From: an uncultured delta proteobacterium
GTDB lineage: Bacteria > Desulfobacterota > Desulfuromonadia > Geobacterales > Pseudopelobacteraceae
Direction of reading: 5' to 3'
Length of the DNA: 64,000 nt
NCBI GenBank assembly: GCA_963772835.1
Contig: CAVYYZ010000002.1
Coordinates: 64,001 to 128,000, forward strand
Under the pieces are notes generated by a model. It had not been told where the DNA came from, did not search any database, and worked only from the letters and a program-made list of their open reading frames with translations. The translations under genes were made by a program, and so were the position numbers. Shown here piece after piece: positions 50,898 through 61,084 of the stretch. Each line of letters starts with the position of its first letter. The first letter of the stretch is position 1.

Positions 50898-52645
50898 ACC
50901 CCTCCCAGATACGCTTCGAGAACCGCCGGATTCGATCGTATTTCCTGCGGCAGTCCTTCAGCCAGTTTTTCACCGAATTCCATGACGACAACACGGTCAA
51001 CAAGGTTCATCAAAAAATCCATGTCATGCTCAACAATAAGAACACTCAAACCCTGGCTTCTCAAGTCTGATAACAGTTCGGCCAATTCCTTCTTTTCGAG
51101 ATATCGCAAACCGGCCGCCGGTTCGTCAAGGAGAAGTAAAAGGGGATCTGCACAGAGAGCCCGGGCAATTTCAACAACACGCTGACTGCCTAGAGACAGG
51201 CTTCCTGCGGGAACGAACATGCTTTCTTCAAGTCCTACCCGTCGAAGCTGTCGCACCGCTTCCGCCCTAACCCGGTCATCCGATGACCGGTTCAGGCGGA
51301 AGCCCGCAGAAATAATCCCGTCGTTCGTTCGCAGATAGGCTCCAATCATGACATTTTCGAGCGTCGACATCCCGGGTATCAACCGGACATGCTGAAAAGT
51401 ACGACTGAGCCCGAGCCGTGCAATTTGGGGAGGGCGCAGACCGCTGATAGTGTGTGCTCCAAAATGTATGCTTCCCGCCGTACGGGGCACTTCGCCGCTG
51501 ATCAGATTAAACATTGTGGATTTTCCGGCTCCGTTGGGGCCGATCAGGCCGACAATTTCCCCGGATGAAACCTCAAAATTCATATGTTTTACCGCCATCA
51601 GTCCACCGTAGGCTTTTGTCACATCGGTCACCGTTAGCAGCGGTGTATTCCGTGGCGGCTGGGTACGAATATCCAGATCGGTTGATTCGGCGACAGGTCT
51701 GTTAGCTTTCGGCGGGAGCAGACGATCCACAAGAGACCAGATACCGCCACGCATCCATTGAAGCACCACAACGATCATGACACCGAAAACAATTATCTCA
51801 AAATTTCCTGACCGGCTGATCAGTTTCGGCAGAATACCTTGGAGTACCGTCTTTAGAAGCGTGATAACCGTCGCGCCGGTGATTGCACCCCAGAAGCTGT
51901 ACGCTCCACCAATTGTTATCATGAACAGGAACTCGATACCCTGATTGAGGCCGAACGGTGACGGATTCACAAACCGTTGCATATGGGCATAAAGCCATCC
52001 GGCCAGACAGGCAAGAAGCGCCGAATAAATGAACACAACGTTTTTCAGACGAAGGCCACTGGCTCCGAATGCTTCAACCATCGAAACCCCTCCCTTGAGA
52101 GCCCGTATCGCACGCCCCTCACGGGAGTCAAGCAGATTTGTGGAGATCCATAGCGCAACGAGACAGACACTCCATATGAGATAGTAGTAGAGCCGTTCGT
52201 CGCGGAGTTCCATGCCGAACAGCTTCAGCGCCTGAATATCAGCTATCCCGTTTGAACCTCCCAGAACCGGAATGGTGCCGAAAAGAAAATAGAGACTAAT
52301 CCCCCAGGCAATGGTTGCCAGAGGGAGATAATGCCCACCCATTCGCAGCGTGATTGCCCCGAGGATGAACGCAATTATCATCGTCAACGCCAACGCTACA
52401 GGAAGGGTCAGCCAGGGTGACCAAGCGAGTTGGGTGGTAAGCACCGCAGATGTATAGGCCCCGAGTCCCATGAACGAAGCCTGACCGAACGATGTCAGAC
52501 CGGTCACTCCGGTCAGCAGAACCAGACCGATTGCAACAATGCTGTAGAGACCGATGTAGCTCCCCATGGTGAGATAGTATGAAGGGAACATCGGAACGAA
52601 CAGCAGGAGCAGCAAAAAAAGTATAAAACCGATCCGGCGTATCAT
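50894..52645 (-). CDS. Fused ABC permease/ATPase (LivM-LivG-like)
   Basis: N-terminal TM helices, then GPNGAGKS, RTFQ and LLDEPAAG. Confidence 0.87.
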   Translation of the reverse strand: MIRRIGFILFLLLLLFVPMFPSYYLTMGSYIGLYSIVAIGLVLLTGVTGLTSFGQASFMGLGAYTSAVLTTQLAWSPWLTLPVALALTMIIAFILGAITLRMGGHYLPLATIAWGISLYFLFGTIPVLGGSNGIADIQALKLFGMELRDERLYYYLIWSVCLVALWISTNLLDSREGRAIRALKGGVSMVEAFGASGLRLKNVVFIYSALLACLAGWLYAHMQRFVNPSPFGLNQGIEFLFMITIGGAYSFWGAITGATVITLLKTVLQGILPKLISRSGNFEIIVFGVMIVVVLQWMRGGIWSLVDRLLPPKANRPVAESTDLDIRTQPPRNTPLLTVTDVTKAYGGLMAVKHMNFEVSSGEIVGLIGPNGAGKSTMFNLISGEVPRTAGSIHFGAHTISGLRPPQIARLGLSRTFQHVRLIPGMSTLENVMIGAYLRTNDGIISAGFRLNRSSDDRVRAEAVRQLRRVGLEESMFVPAGSLSLGSQRVVEIARALCADPLLLLLDEPAAGLRYLEKKELAELLSDLRSQGLSVLIVEHDMDFLMNLVDRVVVMEFGEKLAEGLPQEIRSNPAVLEAYLGGV

Positions 52646-53679
52646 TCTTCTTCCTCGAAGTGCGTGCTGGACAGCGAACGCCAGAGCAGGACTGGAATAA
52701 TCAGGGTAAATACGATGACATCCTTGTAGCCGCTCAGCCAGAATGATGAGAACGATTCTGAAAATCCAACCATCAGGGCACCGGCTGCTGCCAGCGGATA
52801 ACTCGCCATGCCGCCGACGATCGCACCGACAAATCCTTTAAGACCTATCAGAAATCCGGAATCATAGTAAAGCGTCGTAATAGGACCGATAAGCACTCCG
52901 GACAGACAGCCGATGGCCGATGCCAATGCAAACGAAACGGTTCCGGCCAGATGCGGACTGATGCCGACCAGGCGGGCGCCATTGCGGTTAAATGCCACGG
53001 CCCGTAACGCTTTTCCATAAAATGTATTGTTGAAAAACCAGGCCAGTAGTGCAATGAACACGAGACTGGTTGCATAGACCCAGAGACTTTGTCCGGACAC
53101 GGAAAGTGTGCCGAGCATCACGTGAGCATCGGAAAACGGAGGCGTTCTCACCCCTTCCGCTCCGAAGAACAAAAGCCCCAGACCGACCAGCACAAAGTGA
53201 ACCGCCACTGCCGCGATAAGAAGCACCAGAACAGTCGCATCGGCAAGCGGTCTGAAGGCCACTCGATATATGAGAGGGCCGAGCGGCATCACAATCAGCA
53301 TTGTCAACAGCACCTGCCAACCGAGAGGGAGATGCAGCGGTGTGCAAATTTTTACCAGAGCGGCAATAGCAAGCGGCGGCACAAGTAAGGAAGCGAGCGA
53401 CCTGGGCAGTTGCTGTTTCTCACCAGCCGCGAGCAGCCTGAACGTTTCCATGACGGAAGCCATGCCGGCAAGTATAAGCAGCAGCCAGACAGTACCCGGC
53501 ATAATTCCCATCTGCAGGCTTGCAAGAGTCAGTGCTCCGTAGGTGACGAACTCCCCCTGGGCAACAAAAATCACTCTCGTTACCCCGAATACCAGTATCA
53601 GCGACAACGCCAGCAGCGCATAAATTGCACTGCTGGTAACTGCATCCTGGGCAAGTATCAGAAGAATCTGCACGTCCAT
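52642..53679 (-). CDS. ABC transporter permease (LivH-like)
   Basis: Hydrophobic protein with AQGEF, GKALRA and GLKGFVGAIVGG. Confidence 0.86.
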   Translation of the reverse strand: MDVQILLILAQDAVTSSAIYALLALSLILVFGVTRVIFVAQGEFVTYGALTLASLQMGIMPGTVWLLLILAGMASVMETFRLLAAGEKQQLPRSLASLLVPPLAIAALVKICTPLHLPLGWQVLLTMLIVMPLGPLIYRVAFRPLADATVLVLLIAAVAVHFVLVGLGLLFFGAEGVRTPPFSDAHVMLGTLSVSGQSLWVYATSLVFIALLAWFFNNTFYGKALRAVAFNRNGARLVGISPHLAGTVSFALASAIGCLSGVLIGPITTLYYDSGFLIGLKGFVGAIVGGMASYPLAAAGALMVGFSESFSSFWLSGYKDVIVFTLIIPVLLWRSLSSTHFEEEE

Positions 53680-53718
53680 AAGTACCTTTCTTTGCGACGC
53701 TACCTGTAGCTCTCTGTA

Positions 53719-55566
53719 TTACGAAACAATAACTACATCGGGACCCGGCTTTGCTCCGTACAGCTGCTCCACATGGGCTTCCCGCCGTTCCAATGCCGCT
53801 CCCTGATTGATATACCCTTTATCTGTGATTTCATTGGCATCGATTGTGGGCGGGTGGATCATGAACATGAAGCGACGAATCCGGGTTGCCGACCCGATAT
53901 GAGTTACGTTGTATTCTGCCAATGCCTGACGGAGGCGATCATTCACCTCTTTGCTCTTCACCAGCTCTTCAACTGTCAGAATGCCAGCGGTATCGTGACA
54001 GATCTCCCTGCAGCCCGCCACGCTCGGCCAGGCAAGAATTCCGACATATTCCCGATCATGCCCCGCTACCAGTGCATCCTGCAAAAGAGGAGACGCAGCT
54101 GTCAGGACCTCCAGCCTGGTCTTGCCGACATGAACCCAGGTCCCCGTCGCAAGTTTGAAATCCTCTGCAATCCGGCCCGCAAAAGTAATCCCTTTGCCCG
54201 GACACTCCGGATCGGCGAACATTCCTGCATCACCGATCTTGTAGAATCCATCGGCATCAAATGCATCCCTTGTCAGATCAGGTCGGTTCAAATAACCGGG
54301 GGTAACATTCGGCCCCTTGACTCTCAACTCGAACTTTTCACCGCTTGGAACCATTTTCAGAGTGACTCCCGGACATGGAAGCCCGATTACACCGGCCCTG
54401 TCAATGGGAAAATGAGCTGATGTAGCAAGCGGAGATGTCTCCGTAGAACCCCATGAAGAGGTCATCGGCACCTTGCGACCTGTTGCCAGAATTGCCACGG
54501 ATTCCAGCCGCTGCCACATATCCTGCGGTAATGCCGCCCCCGCATAAAAAATAAGTTGAAGATTTTTGAAAAAATTGTTCCGGAGAGCCTCGTCTTTCTC
54601 GAGGTGCGGGAGCAGCATGCCGAAACCGGCCGGAACGTTGAAATAAATTGTCGGTGAAATTTCTGCCAGGTTGTTAACGGTCTTCATCACCATCCCCGGG
54701 ACCGGCTTGCCTTCGTCTATATACAGGGTACCGCCGGTTTTAAGGACCAGATTGAAATTATGATTTCCTCCAAAGGTATGATTCCAGGGAAGCCAATCGA
54801 CAAGAACCGGAGGAGTCTCTTTCGTAAACGGCCATAATTGCGCCAGCATTTGCTGATTCGCACAGAGCATGCCGTGGGTATTAATAATTCCTTTCGGCTG
54901 TCCGGTGGACCCGGACGAGAACAGAAGCTTGGCAACAGTCCGTGAATCAACTTTCGCAAAGGCTTCATCCACCTGCCCGGTAACCGTCGTCTCAAGTAGG
55001 CGTGAAAAAGACGACGTCGAAATGCCGTCGACCTCTCCATCCTTTATGACCACCTCAACACCGGAGAGGTCCAGGGCAGACAGAGCGCGTGAAAACATGG
55101 TTCCGTTTTCAACGTAGATCAACGCCGGCCTGACTTCTGAGAAAATAATCTTCAGCTTGAAAAAATTATCACTCAGAAGTGAATAGGCTACCGAAACCGG
55201 GGCAACCGGAACCCCCGCGACAAGTCCCCCCAACATGACCAGGGCGTGGCTGATGGAATTGCCGGAGAGAATCATGACCGGTCGTTCCGGACAAAGTTTC
55301 CGGTCAATAAGTGCCTGGGCAATCGAATTCACCCGACGGGCCGCCTCATCGTACGTCAGTCGACTCCACTGTCCGGAAGCCCCCCGCTCTCCAAGAAATG
55401 TCCTTTCCGGAGTCTCTTTGGCCCAGCGTCGCAACAACACTCCGAGACTTTCCTCATATGGTTCGAGCGGCATGGGTGAACTGAGTATAAACCCTCCGTC
55501 CGGGGTTTCCTCCACGGTGACTGACGCCGGGGCAAAGTCAATAGGGGCATAATCGGCTTGTTGCAT
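53719..55566 (-). CDS. fcs: Feruloyl/hydroxycinnamoyl-CoA synthetase family
   Basis: SSGSTGQPKG, DWLPWNHTFGGNHN, GTLYIDEGKP, GRIAEDFKL.TGTWV and EITDKGYINQ, typical of Fcs/CouB. Confidence 0.85.
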   Translation of the reverse strand: MQQADYAPIDFAPASVTVEETPDGGFILSSPMPLEPYEESLGVLLRRWAKETPERTFLGERGASGQWSRLTYDEAARRVNSIAQALIDRKLCPERPVMILSGNSISHALVMLGGLVAGVPVAPVSVAYSLLSDNFFKLKIIFSEVRPALIYVENGTMFSRALSALDLSGVEVVIKDGEVDGISTSSFSRLLETTVTGQVDEAFAKVDSRTVAKLLFSSGSTGQPKGIINTHGMLCANQQMLAQLWPFTKETPPVLVDWLPWNHTFGGNHNFNLVLKTGGTLYIDEGKPVPGMVMKTVNNLAEISPTIYFNVPAGFGMLLPHLEKDEALRNNFFKNLQLIFYAGAALPQDMWQRLESVAILATGRKVPMTSSWGSTETSPLATSAHFPIDRAGVIGLPCPGVTLKMVPSGEKFELRVKGPNVTPGYLNRPDLTRDAFDADGFYKIGDAGMFADPECPGKGITFAGRIAEDFKLATGTWVHVGKTRLEVLTAASPLLQDALVAGHDREYVGILAWPSVAGCREICHDTAGILTVEELVKSKEVNDRLRQALAEYNVTHIGSATRIRRFMFMIHPPTIDANEITDKGYINQGAALERREAHVEQLYGAKPGPDVVIVS

Positions 55567-55606
55567 TGGTTTTCTCCTCCCGGCGTTTTATGATGTCCTC
55601 TGCAGG

Positions 55607-57367
55607 TTATAAAAAAAACTTTCCCGAATCCTGTGCCGCGTCCGCCAGCAACTGTTTGGCTTCAAGCAGACCTTCTACCGGATAGGCAGTAAGCCTGGCA
55701 GCAAGCATATGCTGTTCAATAATCGACTCGCTCTTCAGTAGGTAGGCAGAACAGCGGCCTGCGGCCAGACAAAACTGTCCGGCCTGTTCAAACGCGACCA
55801 CTTTGAGTACCGCTACAAGCCGCTCTTTCCTGTTCTCACTGGCGGTCACGCACACTTTACTGCCTCTCAAAATCACACTTTCCAGGGTAAATATGCAGAT
55901 AATCATGTCGGCAACGGCCAGCATAACCTCCTGAGTATCTCTGGCCTGGGCGGCGGAACCAAGAACCATCAAAAACAGTTTTTTCAGATTGGCCAGCAGG
56001 ATAAATTCAAGCCTGAACAATCCTCCGCTGCTGCTTGAAACTTCTCCATATTTGAGTTCAGTCCTGGCCGCGTCAATTTTTCCGGGGAGATCAAATACAC
56101 CGTTCTCTGATTTGCGAAACAATAAGGTTGGGATAAGGATTCTGTTAATCTCATTGGTGCCTTCAAAAATCCTCTGGATCCTTTCGTCACGGTAATAGCG
56201 TTCGGCAGCATAATCGCAGATATAGCCGTATCCTCCATGAATCTGCACCACTTCATCGACTACTCCAGCAAGCATATCAGTACAAAAGACCTTTGCTATG
56301 GCGCATTCAATTGCATACTCCTCAATTGCCTTCTGGTACCGCTCATAATAATCCGCCCCCCCCCTGTCCAGGGTTGCTATCCGGGCATCAAGCATCCCGG
56401 CTACGCGGTACACCACAGAATCCGAGGCAAAGATAGCTGCAGTCATATCCGCCAGTTTTTCCTTAATGGCTCCGAAATCGCCAATTACGCGGCCGAATTG
56501 TTTTCGTTCCGCAACATAAACGGCGGCCTCGGCAAATGCTCCCTTGGCCATACCGCCGGCCGTAGCGGCCACCTTCAACCGTCCGACATTAAGAACATTG
56601 AAGGCTATTTTATGCCCTTTGCCCGGTTCTCCGAGCAGATTTTCCACCGGCACCATGACATGGTCGAGAAAAACCTGAGCCGTTGATGAGCCCTTCAATC
56701 CCATCTTTTTTTCCTCATCACCAACGGAAAAACCGGCATATCCTTTCTCGACAAGAAAGGCAGAGAAGTGCGTGCCGTCAATCTTTGCAAAAATGGTGAA
56801 AAGATCCGCAAAACCGGCATTGGTAATAAACTGTTTGACACCGTTCAACACGTAATACCGGCCATCCTGAGTCAGGGTGGCAGTCGTCCGGACGCTCAGG
56901 GCATCACTGCCGCTGCCGGGTTCAGTCAAAGCGTACGCTCCAACCCACGTTCCGGACGTAAGCTTCCCGAGATAGCGATGCTTCTGCTCCGTTGTACCGT
57001 AATAAATGAGCGGAAGAAGCCCTATGCCGCTCTGGCCACCATAGGTAATTGAAAACGATCCGGTCGGGGCGATTTTTTCCGCAAGAAGCATGCTGGTAAC
57101 CTTATCAAGCTCCAAACCGCCAAAATCCTCGGGCACATCAACGAGAAACAGTCCCAGATCGGCACACCTGCGCAACTTGGCAACAACGAGTTCAAAATCC
57201 TGCTGTTCCATCCTGTCAAAATCAGGCAGCACTTCCTTCCTGACGAATTCTTCGGTGGTATCTGCAAACTGGCGCTGTTCATCAGAAAAATCTTCCGGTG
57301 AAAAGGTGCTCGTACCTGCCGCGTCAGTCAGCAAAAAACCACCTCCCGCCGCCGAATTACCTTTCAT
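55607..57367 (-). CDS. Long-form acyl-CoA dehydrogenase
   Basis: GG.FL N-terminus, YALTEPGSGSDA, FNVLNVGR, QIHGGYG and RIFEGTNEINR. Confidence 0.86.
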   Translation of the reverse strand: MKGNSAAGGGFLLTDAAGTSTFSPEDFSDEQRQFADTTEEFVRKEVLPDFDRMEQQDFELVVAKLRRCADLGLFLVDVPEDFGGLELDKVTSMLLAEKIAPTGSFSITYGGQSGIGLLPLIYYGTTEQKHRYLGKLTSGTWVGAYALTEPGSGSDALSVRTTATLTQDGRYYVLNGVKQFITNAGFADLFTIFAKIDGTHFSAFLVEKGYAGFSVGDEEKKMGLKGSSTAQVFLDHVMVPVENLLGEPGKGHKIAFNVLNVGRLKVAATAGGMAKGAFAEAAVYVAERKQFGRVIGDFGAIKEKLADMTAAIFASDSVVYRVAGMLDARIATLDRGGADYYERYQKAIEEYAIECAIAKVFCTDMLAGVVDEVVQIHGGYGYICDYAAERYYRDERIQRIFEGTNEINRILIPTLLFRKSENGVFDLPGKIDAARTELKYGEVSSSSGGLFRLEFILLANLKKLFLMVLGSAAQARDTQEVMLAVADMIICIFTLESVILRGSKVCVTASENRKERLVAVLKVVAFEQAGQFCLAAGRCSAYLLKSESIIEQHMLAARLTAYPVEGLLEAKQLLADAAQDSGKFFL

Positions 57368-57507
57368 TGTGATGCCCCCGATTAATTTTGCACTTCAAAC
57401 GTTTGTTTACCTTTTTTACAAGTGCTAACATGCTATGCGTTAAGTACTTTTTTATATTATTCATACGCTGGATCGCGGAAATATATAAAAATTATGGTAT
57501 AATGTTT

Positions 57508-57523
57508 TGCATGCAGTATGCCA
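57508..57523 (-). promoter_or_regulatory. Sigma54 (-24/-12) promoter of the acyl-CoA dehydrogenase-fcs-ABC operon
   Basis: Minus strand TGGCATACTGCATGCA has GG-N10-GC spacing. It lies about 140 nt upstream of the ATG at 57367, with an AT-rich tract upstream and a sigma54 activator gene adjacent. Confidence 0.72.
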
Positions 57524-57620
57524 CAGATTTAATTTTTATAAAATAGAATATAACTACATATTATTGTAGTCTTTTTTTATTAAAACGTTTTTTCTATTTT
57601 ATTCTTTATGCAACAAAAAC

Positions 57621-57774
57621 TACTTTATTTCGGAGTTTTGCTACTCGCGGGGCATCTGAAACGGGGCAAGTTCCTGCTAACTAGCCGGAAAACAGGGGAG
57701 AATACGGGGCGGATGTGTAGTACGGCGGCATCTCAACGGCATACGATATTTCGGACAAACTACGACATTTCGGA
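57621..57774. promoter_or_regulatory. Candidate upstream activator sequences (three 14-bp copies)
   Basis: TACTTTATTTCGGA (57621), TACGATATTTCGGA (57742) and TACGACATTTCGGA (57761). Confidence 0.55.
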
Positions 57775-59739
57775 TGTACCGTCATTTCTCCTGATGAACA
57801 GTTTTTTCATTTTTGAATCGAGAGTAGTCGGCTTAAGCCCGAGAATTTCTGCGGCACCGTTTGTACCCCGCACGCGCCACCTGGTCCGGTCCAATACTGA
57901 AATTATATGGTTTCGCTCCACCTCTGCGATATTCAGAGACGAAACAGAAACGGCAGCAGAGATATCCGGCACGTCAACGATCAGGCTGGGGCCGTTACTC
58001 AGAATCATGGCCCTTTCCACCACGTTTCGCAGTTCCCGGATGTTGCCCGGCCACTGATAGTGTTCCATGGCTTCCATACTTTTTCTGGGAATCCGTTCGA
58101 TTTTCTTATCGAAGTTCCTGCTGAACTCCTCGACCATTGCCCAGACAAGAAGAGGAATATCTTCACGTCGATCACGTAACGGTGGAACTGAAATGGGGAA
58201 AACATTCAAGCGGTAGTAAAGATCTTCTCTGAATCTGCCTTCTTTGACCGCCAGAGCAAGATTTCTATTGGTTGCTGCGATCACACGGATATCGACATCA
58301 ATCGGGTGCGGGTTACCGAGACGTTCAAACTGTCCTTCCTGAATTACCCGTAACAGCTTGGCCTGAAGTTCCAAAGGCAGGTCACCAATCTCATCAAGAA
58401 AAATAGTTGAGCCGTTGGCAGCTTCAAAACGGCCGATCTGTTTCGTTACGGCCCCCGTATAGGCACCCTTTTCGCGGCCGAACAGTTCGGCTTCGATAAG
58501 CGCGGCCGGCAATGCAGCGCAATTGACCTTAATCATTGCCCGGTTCCTGCGCGGACTTGAGTTGTGAAGGGCTCTGGCAATCAGCTCTTTACCGGTGCCG
58601 GTCTCTCCGAGAATAAGAACCGTGGAGTCGGTTGCCGCAACCTGCTCCACTCGTAATAACACTCTTTGGATCAGGTCTGACCGGCCGATTATCTCTTCAT
58701 GCCTGTACTCAATATTGATCTGATCCCGTAAATAGAGATTCTCCACCTCAAGCCGGTCTTTCAGCATCTCTATTTCAACAAGCGCCTTTTGGATTTTCTG
58801 GTCGGCACGTTTCCGTTCAAGAGCGTTGGTAAAAACGTCCCACAACAACCGAAGACGGTTGATAAGCTCTTCAGGCCAGGCTCTCTTGACACCGTAGGAA
58901 ACGAACGTTATGAATCCAACAACTACCCCCCCTACACTGGCAGGAAGAAACATGATCGATTTAATGCCTCCCTGCTCCTTGCAATACTCCTTCTCCCTCC
59001 ACTGACTCTCAGGGAGCTCATCTACATCAGATATTTCAAAAATTTCACCATGAAGCACCATCCCTTCCCACACGGGGACCATATTGGAAATCACTTCTGG
59101 AGGTGGCTTGATCCCCGGCATGGCAAACGAATGAGTGCAGAGCATCTTCCCTTCAGGGCTGACTCTCCAGACAGTACTCCGGTCAAATCCGAGGAAATCA
59201 ACTATTCTTTGCAGACCCTGTTCGATCTTTCCGTCCACCTCACTCACGTGTACATTTATGAATGCGGCTGACAAGTCAGAGAGAAGGGCTTCAAACTTCA
59301 GTCGCTCGACCTGGACGCCCTCTTTTGTCTTTTGTTCGGTTATATCCTGGACAATCAGGGAGCATCCGTTCACCGGACCGTCAGTAGTTTTAAGTGGATG
59401 GCAGCAGACAAGCCAGGTCCTGTTTTTGGGAGGGTTGCTCTGCTCTGCACTGTGGATAACGACTTCTGTCTCCACAAAAGATCTGTTCTCGGCAATCGTT
59501 CTCCTTAGCAGGGGCTCAAGTGCGGCGGCGACTTCGAGATCAACGTTTCGGATTGACCGGCCGGTAATAAGATGGCCTGGAACTCCGACAATAGCTGCCA
59601 TACGATTATTCACGTGCCGGTACCGCAGCCCATCGTCTAAAATAGAGAGGCCGAACTGAACCGGTTCAAACATCCGTTCCAGACGTATGAACCTGCTGAA
59701 ATAATATTCAGTTTCACCGTGATTCTGTGTAGATGTCAT
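57760..59739 (-). CDS. Sigma54-dependent enhancer-binding protein (PAS-GAF-AAA+-HTH, FhlA-like)
   Basis: [14 protein letters not shown] (GAFTGA variant), [27 protein letters not shown] and a C-terminal HTH. Confidence 0.9.
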   Translation of the reverse strand: MTSTQNHGETEYYFSRFIRLERMFEPVQFGLSILDDGLRYRHVNNRMAAIVGVPGHLITGRSIRNVDLEVAAALEPLLRRTIAENRSFVETEVVIHSAEQSNPPKNRTWLVCCHPLKTTDGPVNGCSLIVQDITEQKTKEGVQVERLKFEALLSDLSAAFINVHVSEVDGKIEQGLQRIVDFLGFDRSTVWRVSPEGKMLCTHSFAMPGIKPPPEVISNMVPVWEGMVLHGEIFEISDVDELPESQWREKEYCKEQGGIKSIMFLPASVGGVVVGFITFVSYGVKRAWPEELINRLRLLWDVFTNALERKRADQKIQKALVEIEMLKDRLEVENLYLRDQINIEYRHEEIIGRSDLIQRVLLRVEQVAATDSTVLILGETGTGKELIARALHNSSPRRNRAMIKVNCAALPAALIEAELFGREKGAYTGAVTKQIGRFEAANGSTIFLDEIGDLPLELQAKLLRVIQEGQFERLGNPHPIDVDIRVIAATNRNLALAVKEGRFREDLYYRLNVFPISVPPLRDRREDIPLLVWAMVEEFSRNFDKKIERIPRKSMEAMEHYQWPGNIRELRNVVERAMILSNGPSLIVDVPDISAAVSVSSLNIAEVERNHIISVLDRTRWRVRGTNGAAEILGLKPTTLDSKMKKLFIRRNDGTSEMS

Positions 59740-59765
59740 AATTTCAATGTATTCCGTTTGCTCAT

Positions 59766-60197
59766 TTAGCCTACTGGCGGCTCAACAAGGTAGATTTCCA
59801 TTCCGGATCGGATATCAGCGGGAATATTACGGGAGGAAACTCCCGCAGCGACGAGATCAACAGACACCAGGACCGTTTCTATTGAGAGACGCTCCTCACC
59901 TTTGCAGCTGGCGCTGACGCATAATGTGAGTGACCTGGTCCCAAGCTTGCGCACCTGGAGTGACCATTCGAGCACGTCATCAAGCCGGCTGACATTTTTA
60001 AAGGCAACCGTCATGCTGACCGTCGGAACTCCCAGTTTACGCTCATGATGCAAGTTGCCCCAAGAAACTCCCAGCTCTTCCGAGAACCAATCCTCTATCA
60101 GCCGGTTGAGCATCAGGAAATAGTTGGGATAAAAAACTATTCCGGCAGGATCACAATCTTCAAACCTGACTTTAAAGGAGCGGGTAAAGCGCGCCAT
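59766..60197 (-). CDS. 4-hydroxybenzoyl-CoA thioesterase family protein
   Basis: VRFEDCDPAGIVFYPNY motif. Confidence 0.83.
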   Translation of the reverse strand: MARFTRSFKVRFEDCDPAGIVFYPNYFLMLNRLIEDWFSEELGVSWGNLHHERKLGVPTVSMTVAFKNVSRLDDVLEWSLQVRKLGTRSLTLCVSASCKGEERLSIETVLVSVDLVAAGVSSRNIPADIRSGMEIYLVEPPVG

Positions 60198-60253
60198 GAG
60201 TACACCTTCCTCGGGAAAAGCAGTGCAGATTTTAAAAGGATATCCGTTTTCTT

Positions 60254-61060
60254 TTACAGCTGCTTACGTGCAACAAGGCTGCCGTAGGAAATAGAACCGA
60301 AAAAGCTGCCGGAGGCTACCCTCCGGCGGGCCTCGTTTTTGAGAGCCTGCGCCAGTTCGGCGCCGATTCTGTCGCTTGCTGCAAGTATATTTGCACCTCG
60401 ATCAGCAATGGTAAGCATATAATCGGGTTCACCCGATTCAACGATACCAAGGCTTCGCTGCTTCACAATTGAGAATCCTGCGCCCTGGACAAGAGCCGGC
60501 AGACGCTGAATTAACCAACGGTCATGCACCAGAGCCGCCATTGCAGCATCCGCACACGCCTGCAGCGGATCGAAATCACCTGTTGCAAGGGTTGTTGTCG
60601 TGTAATTGCCGTCAAAAACCGCAAGGATCCCGCCTGGTCGGAGTACCCGGCAGGCTTCCTTCAGAGCATCTTCCGGCCGGGGGACATGACTGAGTGTTGT
60701 ATGGAAGAATACCGCATCGTGACTGCCACTTTCAAAGGGAAGTGAACGACCGTCTCCCTCCACAAAGCTCAGGTTTTTGTAATCAACTGCCAGTTTCCGC
60801 GCAATTGTCAGAAATACGGGTGACGAATCGAGCCCGACAACATGCCCGGACTCCAGACGACGCGCAAGTTCCCGGCCCACCGCACCGGTTCCACAGCCAA
60901 CATCAAGTGCGGACGTTACAGCAGAAAAGTCAATATCAGCCAGATATGTTTTGAGCATATCACGCTGCTGTGGATCGGCAGCCCGCAGTTCCAGGACGTT
61001 CGCCAGATGTTCCTGAACATCGTGTGCCGCATCGGCTATGGTACTGTACACATCTGCCAT
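60254..61060 (-). CDS. Class I SAM-dependent methyltransferase
   Basis: LDVGCGTG, GD...LPF and RVLRPGG. Confidence 0.8.
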   Translation of the reverse strand: MADVYSTIADAAHDVQEHLANVLELRAADPQQRDMLKTYLADIDFSAVTSALDVGCGTGAVGRELARRLESGHVVGLDSSPVFLTIARKLAVDYKNLSFVEGDGRSLPFESGSHDAVFFHTTLSHVPRPEDALKEACRVLRPGGILAVFDGNYTTTTLATGDFDPLQACADAAMAALVHDRWLIQRLPALVQGAGFSIVKQRSLGIVESGEPDYMLTIADRGANILAASDRIGAELAQALKNEARRRVASGSFFGSISYGSLVARKQL

Positions 61061-61084
61061 TCCGGCCCCCTCTGCATAGACAAC

